Origin: Candidatus Sericytochromatia bacterium
GTDB taxonomy: Bacteria; Cyanobacteriota; Sericytochromatia; S15B-MN24; VGJW01
Length of the DNA stretch: 64,000 bases
NCBI GenBank assembly: GCA_035286125.1
Contig: JAYKIS010000053.1
Location: 11,210 to 75,209, forward strand
Direction: 5' to 3'
This document shows, piece after piece, positions 1 to 9,386 of the stretch (its first letter is position 1; each line of letters starts with the position of its first letter). The translations under genes and the position numbers were made by a program. The notes under the pieces are model-generated. The model worked only from the letters and a program-made list of their open reading frames with translations, made no database searches and was not told the DNA's origin.

Positions 1-424
1 AATGGCGGGCGTACAGGGCCTTGCCGTCACGGCTGCCGGGCTGTAGGCGGGCCTGGTCGAGCGGGCGCATCGTGCCCTTCTGCCACGAGCGCAGCCAGGC
101 CACGAGGTCCTGCACCTGCCCCTCGTCATAGGGGCCTCCGTGTTCCCTGGCCCAGCCCGACATCACGGTGCCCGGCCGCCCGCGGGCGATGGTCTCGTAG
201 AGGTACTGGTCGGACGCGGTGACGAGGAAGTCCTCGTTGGCGAGTGCAGGGGCGTTGTCGGCGGCATAGCCTTCGCCTGCACGGCCATGGCAGATCGCGC
301 AGGTCCGGGCATACGCAGCCTGGCCCCGCAAGACCTGGGCCTCGCGGCTGTCTGGCGGCAGGGCATCCTGACAACGGCCACCGGCCAAGGCCACCAGCAG
401 GGGCACCACAACAGTCGCACGCAT
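1..424 (-). CDS. cytochrome c-type protein (CxxCH), N-terminal part; 3' end lies beyond the window start
   Basis: The frame is open to the window edge, so it is absent from the ORF track. My reverse-strand translation from ATG at 424-422 reads MRATVVVPLLVALAGGRCQDALPPDSREAQVLRGQAAYARTCAICHGRAGEGYAADNAPALANEDF... It has a signal-like N-terminus followed by a CAICH haem-binding motif. Confidence 0.6.
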   Translation of the reverse strand, partial: MRATVVVPLLVALAGGRCQDALPPDSREAQVLRGQAAYARTCAICHGRAGEGYAADNAPALANEDFLVTASDQYLYETIARGRPGTVMSGWAREHGGPYDEGQVQDLVAWLRSWQKGTMRPLDQARLQPGSRDGKALYARH

Positions 425-480
425 GTCCCGAGACTCCCCGCCATCATCCTACCCGGCCTGCGGCCGGGTATCGGAGCCGC

Positions 481-897
481 TCAGGCGATGGCGAGGCGCT
501 TGCGCATCCGCAGGACGTTCTCGTCACCCTCCTGCAGGACGTCCACCTCATCCATCAGGTTGCGCATCAGGTGCACCCCGAGGCCGCCCCGCTTCTGAAT
601 CTCGATATGCCGCTGGAGGTCGGGCGCAGGCAGGTCGAGAATGTTGAAGAACACGCCCTTGTCCCGCACCTCGACATGGAGATAGCCCTCCCCGTCGACC
701 TCGATGACGACGCGGATCGGATGGCCGGCCTCGGAGCGATAGGCGTGGATCATTACGTTCATGACGGCTTCCAGCACGGCCAGTTCGAGATGGTAGCGTT
801 CGTCCTTGGTCAGGACGAGACCCGAGGCCGTGTCCTCGACGAATGCCCGGACGACATCCACCCGATCCACGTCACTCAGGAAATGGAGGGCTGGCAT
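481..897 (-). CDS. anti-sigma factor / serine protein kinase, RsbW/SpoIIAB-like (GHKL ATPase)
   Basis: Lies in ORF 481..963; the likely start is the internal ATG at 897 (MPALHFLSDV...). ELAVLEAVMNVMIHA, VEVRDKG and GGLGVHLMRNLMDEV resemble the N, G1 and G2 boxes of small anti-sigma kinases. Confidence 0.55.
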   Translation of the reverse strand: MPALHFLSDVDRVDVVRAFVEDTASGLVLTKDERYHLELAVLEAVMNVMIHAYRSEAGHPIRVVIEVDGEGYLHVEVRDKGVFFNILDLPAPDLQRHIEIQKRGGLGVHLMRNLMDEVDVLQEGDENVLRMRKRLAIA

Positions 898-1013
898 CGT
901 TAAGGTCTGGTTCCGGTCATCGTGGTCGATACCCGGAGGGTCCATACCCCGGCCATGTGGCAACCTATCCGGCCCTCTCCGGGAAGCCCCCTGCCAACGT
1001 GTAGCATGAAGCC

Positions 1014-2210
1014 ATGTCCCTGCGATTGCTGACGGCCGGTGAGTCCCACGGACCTTGGCAAATGGCCCTGCTCGAAGGCGTGCCCGCAGGCCTTCCCTAC
1101 GATCCCGACCGCCTGCAGGCCCACATGCGGCGACGCCAGATCGGCCACGGCCGCAGCGGCCGCCAGCGCATCGAGCAGGACACGCCCGAGATCCATGGGG
1201 GTATCCGGCACGGCCGAACCACGGGTGCGCCCGTCGCCATCGCCATCCCCAATCTGGACCACGCCCGCTGGACCGAGGTCATGGACCCGCGCCAGCCGGA
1301 CCAGGCCATCACCGGGGAGGCCCAGGCTCCCGGTCGGATCTCGCGCTTGCGCCCCGGACACGCCGACTACCCGGGCGTCGTGAAATACGGCCTTGAGGAT
1401 GTCCGCGACGTGCTCGAGCGGGCCAGTGCTCGCGAGACCGTCGCTCGCGTGGCTGCCGCGGGCATCCTGATGCCCTTGCTCGAGGCCGCAGGCATCCGGC
1501 TGACCTCCCACGTGCGCACCATCGGCCCGGTGACGGCCGACCTCCCGTGGCTGGACAACCAGCCGGACATCGTGCCGCGCTTGCGGGACGAAGCGGAGGC
1601 CTCCCCCGTCCGTTGCGCCGATCCGGAAGCCTCCGCGGCCATGGTCGCGGCCATCGACGCAGCGGGCAAGGCCGGGGACAGCCTCGGAGGCGTCTTCGAG
1701 GTCATCGTGACAGGGCTGCCCGTCGGGCTGGGCAGCCATGTGCAGTGGGACCGCCGTCTCGACGGGCGCCTGGCACAGGCCGTCATGAGTATCCAGGCCG
1801 TCAAGGGCGTCTCGTTCGGTGATGCCTTCGAGGCGGCCAAGCATCCCGGCAGTGCCGTGCACGACGCGTTCGCCGGGCAGTTCGATCGCACCAGCAACCG
1901 TGCTGGAGGCCTCGAGGGCGGCATGACCAACGGCCAGCCCTTGGTCGTCCGGGGGGCCATGAAGCCCATCTCGACCCTGCGCCGTCCCCTGCAGGGCGCG
2001 CGTTGGCCCGACGGTGAACCGGCGCCGGCACACTTCGAACGCGCCGATGTCTGCGCCGTGCCGGCCGCAGGTGTCGTGGCCGAGGCGATGGTCACCTACA
2101 TCCTGGCGGATGCCCTGCTGGAGAAGTCCGGGGGCGACAGCCTCGCCGAAGTCCTTGCCCACCTCGAGGCCACCCGACGGCTGGCCCATCCGACGGAGCA
2201 CCCCCGATGA
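1014..2210 (+). CDS. aroC: chorismate synthase
   Basis: 398 aa. MSLRLLTAGESHGP... N-terminus and full-length chorismate synthase pattern (GRSSARETVARVAAG-like, GGLEGGMTNGQP). Confidence 0.95.
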   Translation: MSLRLLTAGESHGPWQMALLEGVPAGLPYDPDRLQAHMRRRQIGHGRSGRQRIEQDTPEIHGGIRHGRTTGAPVAIAIPNLDHARWTEVMDPRQPDQAITGEAQAPGRISRLRPGHADYPGVVKYGLEDVRDVLERASARETVARVAAAGILMPLLEAAGIRLTSHVRTIGPVTADLPWLDNQPDIVPRLRDEAEASPVRCADPEASAAMVAAIDAAGKAGDSLGGVFEVIVTGLPVGLGSHVQWDRRLDGRLAQAVMSIQAVKGVSFGDAFEAAKHPGSAVHDAFAGQFDRTSNRAGGLEGGMTNGQPLVVRGAMKPISTLRRPLQGARWPDGEPAPAHFERADVCAVPAAGVVAEAMVTYILADALLEKSGGDSLAEVLAHLEATRRLAHPTEHPR

Positions 2211-2650
2211 CCCCGATTCTGGTCCTGCACGGTCCGAACCTGAACCTGCTGGGTCAGCGGGAACCGGGTATCTATGGCCATCAGACACTGGCCGAGCTGG
2301 ACGCGCGCCTGAGAACCTGGGGCCTGGACCTGGGCCTCGAGGTGACGTCCCGGCAAAGCAACCACGAGGGCCAGTTGATAGACTGGCTCCACGCGGCACA
2401 GGCCGAGGGCCACGCAGGCGTCGTCCTGAACCCCGGGGGCCTGGCACACGTGTCCTGGTCCCTGCGGGACGCCGTGGCGGGCATTGCCCTGCCCGTCATC
2501 GAGGTCCACCTGTCGAATGTCCACGCGCGTGAACCCGGTCGACAGGCGCTGGTGACGGCGGCCGCCTGCCGCGGGGTCATCACGGGGCTGGGCCTCGCCA
2601 GCTACCGCCTGGGCCTCGCGGCCCTGGCCGACCTCCTGCCCGGGTCCTGA
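2207..2650 (+). CDS. aroQ: type II 3-dehydroquinate dehydratase
   Basis: 147 aa. ILVLHGPNLNLLGQREPGIYG and IEVHLSNVHAREP motifs. ATGA start/stop overlap with aroC. Confidence 0.9.
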   Translation: MTPILVLHGPNLNLLGQREPGIYGHQTLAELDARLRTWGLDLGLEVTSRQSNHEGQLIDWLHAAQAEGHAGVVLNPGGLAHVSWSLRDAVAGIALPVIEVHLSNVHAREPGRQALVTAAACRGVITGLGLASYRLGLAALADLLPGS

Positions 2651-2654
2651 ACCT

Positions 2655-5276
2655 TCAAGCCGGAGCCGCGGCGCCCGCCTCGACCCGGAACGTCATGGCC
2701 TGGTCCGCGAAGGACAACCTGACCTTCTGGCCCGCCCGGACCTCACCGGCCAGCAGCATGCGTGCAAGCGGATTCAGGACCTCGTTCTGGATGGCCCGCT
2801 TGAGGGGCCTGGCCCCATAGACCGGATCATAGCCGACCCGTGTCAGGCGTCCCCGGGCCTTGTCGTCCATCACGACGGTGATGCCCTTGTCGACGAGTCG
2901 GCTCGCGAGACGCGCGAACTGCAGGTCGATGATGCGATCGATTTCGAGGACACCCAGCGGCCGGAACAGCAGGACATCGTCGAGACGGTTGAGGAACTCG
3001 GGCCTGAAGTGCTGGCGCACCTCGCCCATGACCCGCTCGCGGACAGCCTCGGTAACGGCTCCTCCCGATTCCTGCAGGTGGGCGCTACCCAGATTGCTGG
3101 TCATCAGGACGACGGTGTTGCGGAAGTCGACGGTACGGCCGTGGCTGTCCGTCAGGCGCCCGTCGTCCAGAATCTGCAGCAGCATGTCGTACACCTCGGG
3201 GTGAGCCTTCTCGACCTCATCGAAGAGCACCACCGAATAGGGCGCGCGACGGACGGCTTCCGTCAACTGACCGCCCTCCTCGTGACCGACGTAGCCCGGC
3301 GGCGCACCAATCAGTCGGGCGACGGAATGGCGCTCCATGTACTCGGACATGTCGAGGCGAACGACATGCTGCTCGTCATCGAAGAGGAACTGCGCGAGGG
3401 CCCGCGCAAGCTCGGTCTTGCCCACGCCGGTAGGTCCCAGGAACAGGAAGCTGCCAATCGGCCGATCGGGATCCCCGATGCCCGAGCGCGCGCGACGGAC
3501 GGCCTCGGAAACCTGGCGGACAGCCTCCTCCTGGCCAATCACCCGCGCCGCGATGCGCTGCTCCATGTCAAGCAGCTTCTGAACCTCGGACTCGAGCATC
3601 CGGCTGACGGGAATGCCGGTCCACGCGCTGACGACCTCGGCGATATCCTCGTCAGTGACCATCTCCTTGAGCATGCGATGGTCCTTCTGGGCTTCCTCGA
3701 GCTCCCGGGTCGCCACCTCGAGGTCGCGCTGCAGCGAGGGACGCTCACCGTAGCGGATTTCAGCCGCACGCTCGAGGTGGCCCTCGCGCTCCGCGCGCTG
3801 CTCCGCCGTACGGCTCTGCTCGAGCTTGGCCCGAATCGCCCCGATACGACCAATCAGCTCCTTTTCGCGCTGCCACTGGGCGTGCAGGCCATCCCGGCGC
3901 CCGCGGACCTCACCTGCCTCGCGATCGACCGCGGCCAACCTGTCCCGCGCAAAGGTCCCGGCGGTCTCAGCCTCGATTTCCTTCACCAGGCCCTGTCGCT
4001 CGATCTCCAGCTGCCTGAGCCTGCGCTCGAGCTCATCGAGGGCAGGTGGCATCGAGTCGATGGCGATCCGCAGGCGGCTGGCCGCCTCGTCCACAAGATC
4101 GATGGCCTTGTCCGGCAGGAACCTGTCGGTGATGTAGCGATCGCCCAGGCGGGCTGCCGCGACCAGGGCGGCATCACTGATCTTGACGCGATGGTGCGTC
4201 TCGTAGCGCTCCGGCAGGCCGCGCAGGATCGAGATGGTGTCGCCGACGCTCGGCTCGCCGACCTGAACGGGCTGGAAGCGACGCTCGAGCGCCGCGTCCT
4301 TCTCGACATGCTTGCGGTATTCATCGAGCGTGGTGGCACCGACACAGCGCAACTCGCCGCGCGCGAGCGCAGGCTTGAGCAGGTTGCCTGCGTCGACGGC
4401 ACCCTCGGCCTTGCCGGCCCCGACCAGGGTGTGCATCTCGTCGATGAAGAGGACGATCCCGCCCTCGCTGTCCGAGACCTCCTTCAGGACGGCCTTCAGG
4501 CGGTCCTCGAACTCGCCGCGGTACTTCGTGCCTGCAATGAGTGCGCCCAGATCGAGGGCCACGACAAGCTTGTCCTTCAGGCCTTCGGGAACATCCCCGT
4601 CCGCGATGCGCTGGGCCAGGCCCTCGGCGATGGCTGTCTTGCCGACGCCCGGTTCGCCGATGAGCACCGGGTTGTTCTTGGTCCTGCGCGACAGGACCTG
4701 GATCACCCTGCGAATCTCCTCGTCGCGGCCGATGACCGGATCGAGCCTGCCGCGACGGGCCTGGGCCGTCAGGTCGCGACCATACTTCTCGAGCGCCTGG
4801 AACCGGGCCTCGGGGTTCTGGTCGGTGACCCGGTGGCTGCCCCGGACCTGTCCGAGCGCCTGCATGAGCCGGTCGCGGGTCACCCTGCGCCCTCGCAACA
4901 GCTCGGTTGCCGCCCCGCGCGCCTCGTCGGCCACCATCGCCAGCAGGACATGTTCGGTAGAGACGAACTCGTCCTTCATGGCCTTGGCCTCCTGGAAGGA
5001 GCGATCGAGAAAGCCCTTGGCCTCGGGGCCCAGGCCGGGGCCCTGGGTGCCTTGCGTCCGAGGCAGTCGGGTCAACGCCGCACGGACCTCGTCACGAAGG
5101 GAGGCCAGGGGAATCTCCATCCGGGGCAACAACGCCGGCACGATGCCCTCCGGCTGTTCCAGCAGGGCTGAAAGTACATGCAGCCCCAGCAATTCCGGAT
5201 GCTGGCCCTGCTCGGCCAGTTGCTGCGCGTCCTGCAGGGCCTCCTGGGCCTTGAGCGTCCAGCGATCGAATCTCAT
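2655..5276 (-). CDS. clpB: ATP-dependent chaperone ClpB
   Basis: 873 aa. Clp_N repeat, two AAA+ modules ([16 protein letters not shown]) and a long coiled-coil middle domain between them. Confidence 0.95.
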   Translation of the reverse strand: MRFDRWTLKAQEALQDAQQLAEQGQHPELLGLHVLSALLEQPEGIVPALLPRMEIPLASLRDEVRAALTRLPRTQGTQGPGLGPEAKGFLDRSFQEAKAMKDEFVSTEHVLLAMVADEARGAATELLRGRRVTRDRLMQALGQVRGSHRVTDQNPEARFQALEKYGRDLTAQARRGRLDPVIGRDEEIRRVIQVLSRRTKNNPVLIGEPGVGKTAIAEGLAQRIADGDVPEGLKDKLVVALDLGALIAGTKYRGEFEDRLKAVLKEVSDSEGGIVLFIDEMHTLVGAGKAEGAVDAGNLLKPALARGELRCVGATTLDEYRKHVEKDAALERRFQPVQVGEPSVGDTISILRGLPERYETHHRVKISDAALVAAARLGDRYITDRFLPDKAIDLVDEAASRLRIAIDSMPPALDELERRLRQLEIERQGLVKEIEAETAGTFARDRLAAVDREAGEVRGRRDGLHAQWQREKELIGRIGAIRAKLEQSRTAEQRAEREGHLERAAEIRYGERPSLQRDLEVATRELEEAQKDHRMLKEMVTDEDIAEVVSAWTGIPVSRMLESEVQKLLDMEQRIAARVIGQEEAVRQVSEAVRRARSGIGDPDRPIGSFLFLGPTGVGKTELARALAQFLFDDEQHVVRLDMSEYMERHSVARLIGAPPGYVGHEEGGQLTEAVRRAPYSVVLFDEVEKAHPEVYDMLLQILDDGRLTDSHGRTVDFRNTVVLMTSNLGSAHLQESGGAVTEAVRERVMGEVRQHFRPEFLNRLDDVLLFRPLGVLEIDRIIDLQFARLASRLVDKGITVVMDDKARGRLTRVGYDPVYGARPLKRAIQNEVLNPLARMLLAGEVRAGQKVRLSFADQAMTFRVEAGAAAPA

Positions 5277-5463
5277 CGGGGTCCTGCCTCCCTCACGGAA
5301 CCATCATCAACTTTAGTCAACCATTGTCAAGTCAACGCACAACCTCGACCCGAATCCCGCGAGTGCCAGAACCCGCCAACCACGCCAACCCATGTGGTCA
5401 AAGCCAGTCAGAACAAGGATTTCAGGCCACCGACCCATGCCGTCCCATATGCTTGATCTCCAT

Positions 5464-5481
5464 TGTAAATAAATGTTACAA
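5464..5481. promoter_or_regulatory. AT-rich palindrome TTGTAA-N7-TTACAA about 20 nt upstream of the PucR-family gene start
   Basis: Read directly from cattgtaaataaatgttacaaaccc. It is a perfect 6-bp inverted repeat inside a local AT-rich island in otherwise GC-rich DNA. The operator or promoter role is inferred only. Confidence 0.3.
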
Positions 5482-5500
5482 ACCCACTTGGAGGTCGTCC

Positions 5501-7141
5501 ATGAACATCAGTTTCCTGTCCCCGAACCCGGCTGCCACCGGTGCCCCACGTCCCCACAGCCCGCAAGATCCCCTCGCCCAGGTCGAGATCCTGTTCGGTC
5601 AAGTCCCGTCACCGTCCGAGATTGCCCAAGTCCTCGTGCTGGAAGCCGAAGAACCGGCGACATGGCTGCAGGGAGGCGAATTGGTCCTGACCGGTCTGAC
5701 CTTCCTGGCCGGAGTCGCACCGTCATGGATCGACGGTCTGGCCGCCGCTCGAGCCGCAGGCCTGCTGGCTTGCGGCACCGGTGAGGTTCCCGAGGCCCTC
5801 GTCGCCCGCGCCCGGGACCACGGCCTGCCTCTGCTGCGCCACGACGGGGAGTCGGCCAGCGTGGCACGGCAACTGCAACGCCAGCAGGCATCGGGCCGCC
5901 CGTGGCTGCTGGCCCAGTGCATGGCCCGCCAGCAGGAATGGATCCGGCAGGCCGTCGGCGGCGCCACGCCCACTCGGATGCTCGAGGAACTGGCTGCGGA
6001 TCTTGGTCGCCCGCTGCTCCTCGAGGACACCCGCTTCAACCGCTTGGCCGTGGCCGGCGACGTGGCCAGCCATGGGGTCGACGAAGATGAGGATGGCAGT
6101 CCGGACGACCTGATCCTGGCCATCCAGCGCCATCCTGAATGGTCGACCTTCCGCGAAGGCCGGCAGCCCCTCGAGATTCAGGCCCCGGGCGGCACGCGGA
6201 CCCTGTGGCCCGTCATGAAGGGCGAACGCTGGATCGCGACCTTGATGGTGCTCGGCGCGCCCCAGCGGCGCGACGAGATCCATCTTGCACGCATCGGAGG
6301 TGCTTGTGCCGCCCTCGCCATCGTGGCCGCGCAGCTGCCCGAGGAGAGCGACCCCCGGGGCCACTTCTTCCTCGACCTGTTGCAGCGACCGGGTGCCTTC
6401 TCCCGAGGCGAGGTGCAACGACGGGCCCACTGGCTGGGCATGCCGCTCGCCCAGCGCTACTGGCCGATGGCCGTGGCCTTCGATCGCAGCTTGCCCCTGC
6501 CCCAGGCCGAGGCCCTGCGCCAGAAGCTGCAGACCACGCTCGCAGCCATCCTGTCCTTCAGGCAGTGCATCATCGTGCCGCAGACCTTCGGCGCGAGCAT
6601 CCTCGTGCCGGTCACGGCCGATCCCCCGGGCATCGACCAGATGAGGCGACTCGCCCTGACCATCCGCGATCGCCTGGGCGCGCAGGGAGACACCGTTTCC
6701 GTCGGCGTCGGCCTGGCTCCCGGTGACCTGCTTGCGCTGGGACGCCAGCATCAGGAAGCTGTGCAGGCCCTCCGGATCGGCCGCACGTTGCACGGGGCCG
6801 GCCAGGTCCATTGCTTCGACGACATGGGCGTCTACCGGATGCTCTACCAGTTCGCAGCCGATCGCAGCCCGGGAGCGTTCCTCTGCGAGGCACTGAGCCG
6901 CCTGATGGCCTACGACCAGCAGGCGGACAAGGAGCTGGTCAAGACGCTGGGTGCCTTCCTGGACTGCAACGGCAACCTGACGGAGACAAGCGAACGCCTG
7001 TTCATCCACAGGAACACCCTGAAATACCGCCTGGAACGCATCCGCGACATCACCCAGGTCGACCTCGATACGGCGGAGACCCGACTGATGCTGCACATCG
7101 GTCTGAAGATGCAGCAGATCCTGGACGCCCAGGCCGGCTGA
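5501..7141 (+). CDS. PucR/CdaR-family transcriptional regulator
   Basis: Lies in ORF 5324..7141. The likely start is ATG 5501 (MNISFLSP), preceded by GGAGG at 5490-5494. The C-terminal HTH NRNTLKYRLERIRDITQVDL is typical of the PucR C-terminal domain. Confidence 0.7.
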   Translation: MNISFLSPNPAATGAPRPHSPQDPLAQVEILFGQVPSPSEIAQVLVLEAEEPATWLQGGELVLTGLTFLAGVAPSWIDGLAAARAAGLLACGTGEVPEALVARARDHGLPLLRHDGESASVARQLQRQQASGRPWLLAQCMARQQEWIRQAVGGATPTRMLEELAADLGRPLLLEDTRFNRLAVAGDVASHGVDEDEDGSPDDLILAIQRHPEWSTFREGRQPLEIQAPGGTRTLWPVMKGERWIATLMVLGAPQRRDEIHLARIGGACAALAIVAAQLPEESDPRGHFFLDLLQRPGAFSRGEVQRRAHWLGMPLAQRYWPMAVAFDRSLPLPQAEALRQKLQTTLAAILSFRQCIIVPQTFGASILVPVTADPPGIDQMRRLALTIRDRLGAQGDTVSVGVGLAPGDLLALGRQHQEAVQALRIGRTLHGAGQVHCFDDMGVYRMLYQFAADRSPGAFLCEALSRLMAYDQQADKELVKTLGAFLDCNGNLTETSERLFIHRNTLKYRLERIRDITQVDLDTAETRLMLHIGLKMQQILDAQAG

Positions 7142-7150
7142 TCAGGGCCA

Positions 7151-7179
7151 GCCCTCCCCTGCCTATGGCAGGGGAGGGC
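7151..7179. terminator. 13-bp perfect hairpin between convergent pucR-like and flhA genes
   Basis: gccctcccctgcc-tat-ggcaggggagggc. There is no clear T tract on either side, so it is a hairpin-only putative bidirectional terminator. Confidence 0.5.
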
Positions 7180-7266
7180 CGCCTGGCATCATCGCCGCGA
7201 CATCGCCCGCCGCCAATGCCGGCAAGGGGCGCGGCACGCAAGGTTGCTTCGCACGGAACGAACGGT

Positions 7267-9372
7267 TCAGGCTGCCCCGACCGCGATCGACACGGCCCCG
7301 ATGGCCTGGACCTTGAACTTGGCGTTGATTTCCGAGTAGGACAGGACCGAGAGGTTCGGGAAGTTGCGATCGACCAGATTCTTGACGTGGGGCCGCACGA
7401 TCGGGCTGACCAGCACGGCCGGATTCTGACCCCGCGCCAGGGCCTCGTTCACGACGCCAGCGAGGCGTGCCAGCATCAGCTGGGCAATCTGCGGGTTGAG
7501 CGCCAGGGTCGGCCCCTGAGGCCCTGGCTGGATGGCCTGCTGGATCGCGCCCTCCACGGCCGGGTCCAGCGTGATCACGTCGATCCGGCCCTCCTCGTCC
7601 GCCACCGAGGCACAGATATTCCGCGACAGCTGCTGCCGGACCAACTCGGTCAGCGTGAAGACATCCTTGGTCATCTTGCCGAAGTCCGCCAACTTCTCGG
7701 CGATGGTCGCCAGGTCGCGGATGCTGACCCGCTCCCGCAGCAAGGCCTGCAGCACACGCTGGACCTCGCCAAGGGCGAGGACCTCGGGCACCAGCTCCTT
7801 GACGGTGATGGGCGCACGCTCCTGCAGCCGGTTGAGCATCATCTTGACCTCTTCACGGCTGAGAATCTCGTGGGCATGCGTGCGGACCACTTCCTCGAGG
7901 TGGGCCGTCAGCACGTTGGTCGGATCCTGAATCAGGTAGCCCAGCTGCGCGGCACGCTGGGCCTCGGCTCCGGCCACCCATACGGCAGGGCGGTTGCCGG
8001 CAGGGTCGCTGGTCGGGAAGCCGACCAGCTCCTGGGACAGGTCCGTCGTGTTGAGCTGGATGGCGAGCATGTAGCCGACCAGCAGTTCGCCGGTGGCGAC
8101 GGTGTTGCCCTTGACCAGGATCTGGTAGGCATTGGGCCGCAGGTTGAGGTTGTCCTTGAACTGGATACCGGGCATGACGAAGCCGAGGTCCAGGGCAATG
8201 GCCACGCGCATGGGCACGACTCGATCCATCAATTCGCCACCGAGGCCGGGATCGACGAGCGGCACCAGGTCCAGACCCAGCTCGAGCGTGAGCGGCGGCA
8301 CCCCCAGCATCTTCATGACGTTCTCGGGGTTCTTCAGATCCTCGTCGGATTCCGGTTGGTAGTCGTCGAACTCGTCCCCCATCGGCGCGGCATCCCCGGC
8401 CTGGGACGGGGGTGCCGCTCCCAGAAGGCCACCCCTGTAGGCCACGAAGGCCGCGAACAGGATCGCAAGGCCCAGCAGCAACATCAGGATCGTCGGGAAG
8501 CCCGGGATGAAACCCATCATGACGATGACGAAGCCCACAATGCCCAGGACCTTGGGGCTCGTGAAGAGCTGGTTCTTCAAGTCGGTCGCCAGGTTGAAGT
8601 CCGACGCGGCTCGGGTCGTGACGAAACCGGCCGAGATCGAGATCAGCAGGCCCGGGATCAGGCCGACCAGGCCGTCGCCGATGGTCAGCAAGGAATAGAT
8701 CTTGAGCGCCTGTTCGACCTCCATGTCCTTCTGCAGGATGCCGATCAGGATGCCGCCGATGATATTGACGAAGATCAGGATGATGGCCGCGATGGCATCG
8801 CCCCGGACGAACTTGTTGGCACCGTCCATCGCACCGAAGAAGTTGGCCTCCCGCTCGAGGTCGGTCCTGCGCTTCTTGGCGCCCTCGGCATCGATGAGGC
8901 CCGCCGCAAGGTCCGCATCGATGGACATCTGCTTGCCGGGCATGGCGTCCAGGGTGAAGCGGGCCGCGACCTCGGCCACGCGCTTGGCGCCTTCTGTGAT
9001 GACGATGAAGTTCACGATGATCAGGATCGCGAACAGGATGAAACCCACGATGAAGTTGCCGCCCACGACGAAGTTGGCGAAGGTCTCGATGACCTTTCCG
9101 GCTTCCGCATGGCTCAGGATCGAGCGGGACGTGGCCACCGACAGGGCCAGCCGGTACAGGGCCATGATCAGCAGCAACGACGGGAAGCTGGCGAACTCGA
9201 GCGGCCTGACCAGGTACAACGACACGAAAACGATGACGAGTGCCGCGACCAGGTTGATGATCAGCAGCAGGTCCAGCATCCACAGGGGAAGCGGGATGAC
9301 CAGGATCGCCAGGACCAGGATGACGATCCCGGCCAGGATCAGATCGGGAATCAGCCCCTTGCGCTGCGGCAT
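7267..9372 (-). CDS. flhA: flagellar export apparatus protein FlhA
   Basis: 701 aa. N-terminal polytopic membrane domain, FHIPEP-type region (FVRGDAIAAIILIFVNIIGG) and a large cytoplasmic C-terminal domain. Confidence 0.95.
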   Translation of the reverse strand: MPQRKGLIPDLILAGIVILVLAILVIPLPLWMLDLLLIINLVAALVIVFVSLYLVRPLEFASFPSLLLIMALYRLALSVATSRSILSHAEAGKVIETFANFVVGGNFIVGFILFAILIIVNFIVITEGAKRVAEVAARFTLDAMPGKQMSIDADLAAGLIDAEGAKKRRTDLEREANFFGAMDGANKFVRGDAIAAIILIFVNIIGGILIGILQKDMEVEQALKIYSLLTIGDGLVGLIPGLLISISAGFVTTRAASDFNLATDLKNQLFTSPKVLGIVGFVIVMMGFIPGFPTILMLLLGLAILFAAFVAYRGGLLGAAPPSQAGDAAPMGDEFDDYQPESDEDLKNPENVMKMLGVPPLTLELGLDLVPLVDPGLGGELMDRVVPMRVAIALDLGFVMPGIQFKDNLNLRPNAYQILVKGNTVATGELLVGYMLAIQLNTTDLSQELVGFPTSDPAGNRPAVWVAGAEAQRAAQLGYLIQDPTNVLTAHLEEVVRTHAHEILSREEVKMMLNRLQERAPITVKELVPEVLALGEVQRVLQALLRERVSIRDLATIAEKLADFGKMTKDVFTLTELVRQQLSRNICASVADEEGRIDVITLDPAVEGAIQQAIQPGPQGPTLALNPQIAQLMLARLAGVVNEALARGQNPAVLVSPIVRPHVKNLVDRNFPNLSVLSYSEINAKFKVQAIGAVSIAVGAA

Positions 9373-9386
9373 GCGTCAGCCGGCCG

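Noticed and set aside
2648-2657. Convergent gene ends with almost no spacer: aroQ/clpB with a 4-nt gap, the OMP/dinG stops sharing CTAG at 29282-29285, and 44733/44741 with a 7-nt gap
   Set aside because: These are real observations, but they are common in compact GC-rich genomes and do not by themselves indicate a specific mechanism.
3009-5171. 720-aa plus-strand ORF antisense to clpB. Similar long antisense ORFs occur at 900..2447, 6811..9390, 22960..24273, 24219..25892, 26145..28058, 36225..37868, 37492..39471, 47602..49305, 51634..53010, 52218..53900, 52967..54463 and 55198..56562.
   Set aside because: They lie opposite genes with unmistakable conserved motifs. Their translations are monotonous R/G/P/A/D-rich strings without motifs. 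Such open antisense frames are expected in GC-rich DNA because stop codons are AT-rich.
5277-5400. CIRCE (HrcA) or HAIR (HspR) heat-shock operators upstream of clpB
   Set aside because: Only a partial GAGTGC string is present. No TTAGCACTC-N9-GAGTGCTAA or CTTGAGT-N7-ACTCAAG inverted repeat is present.
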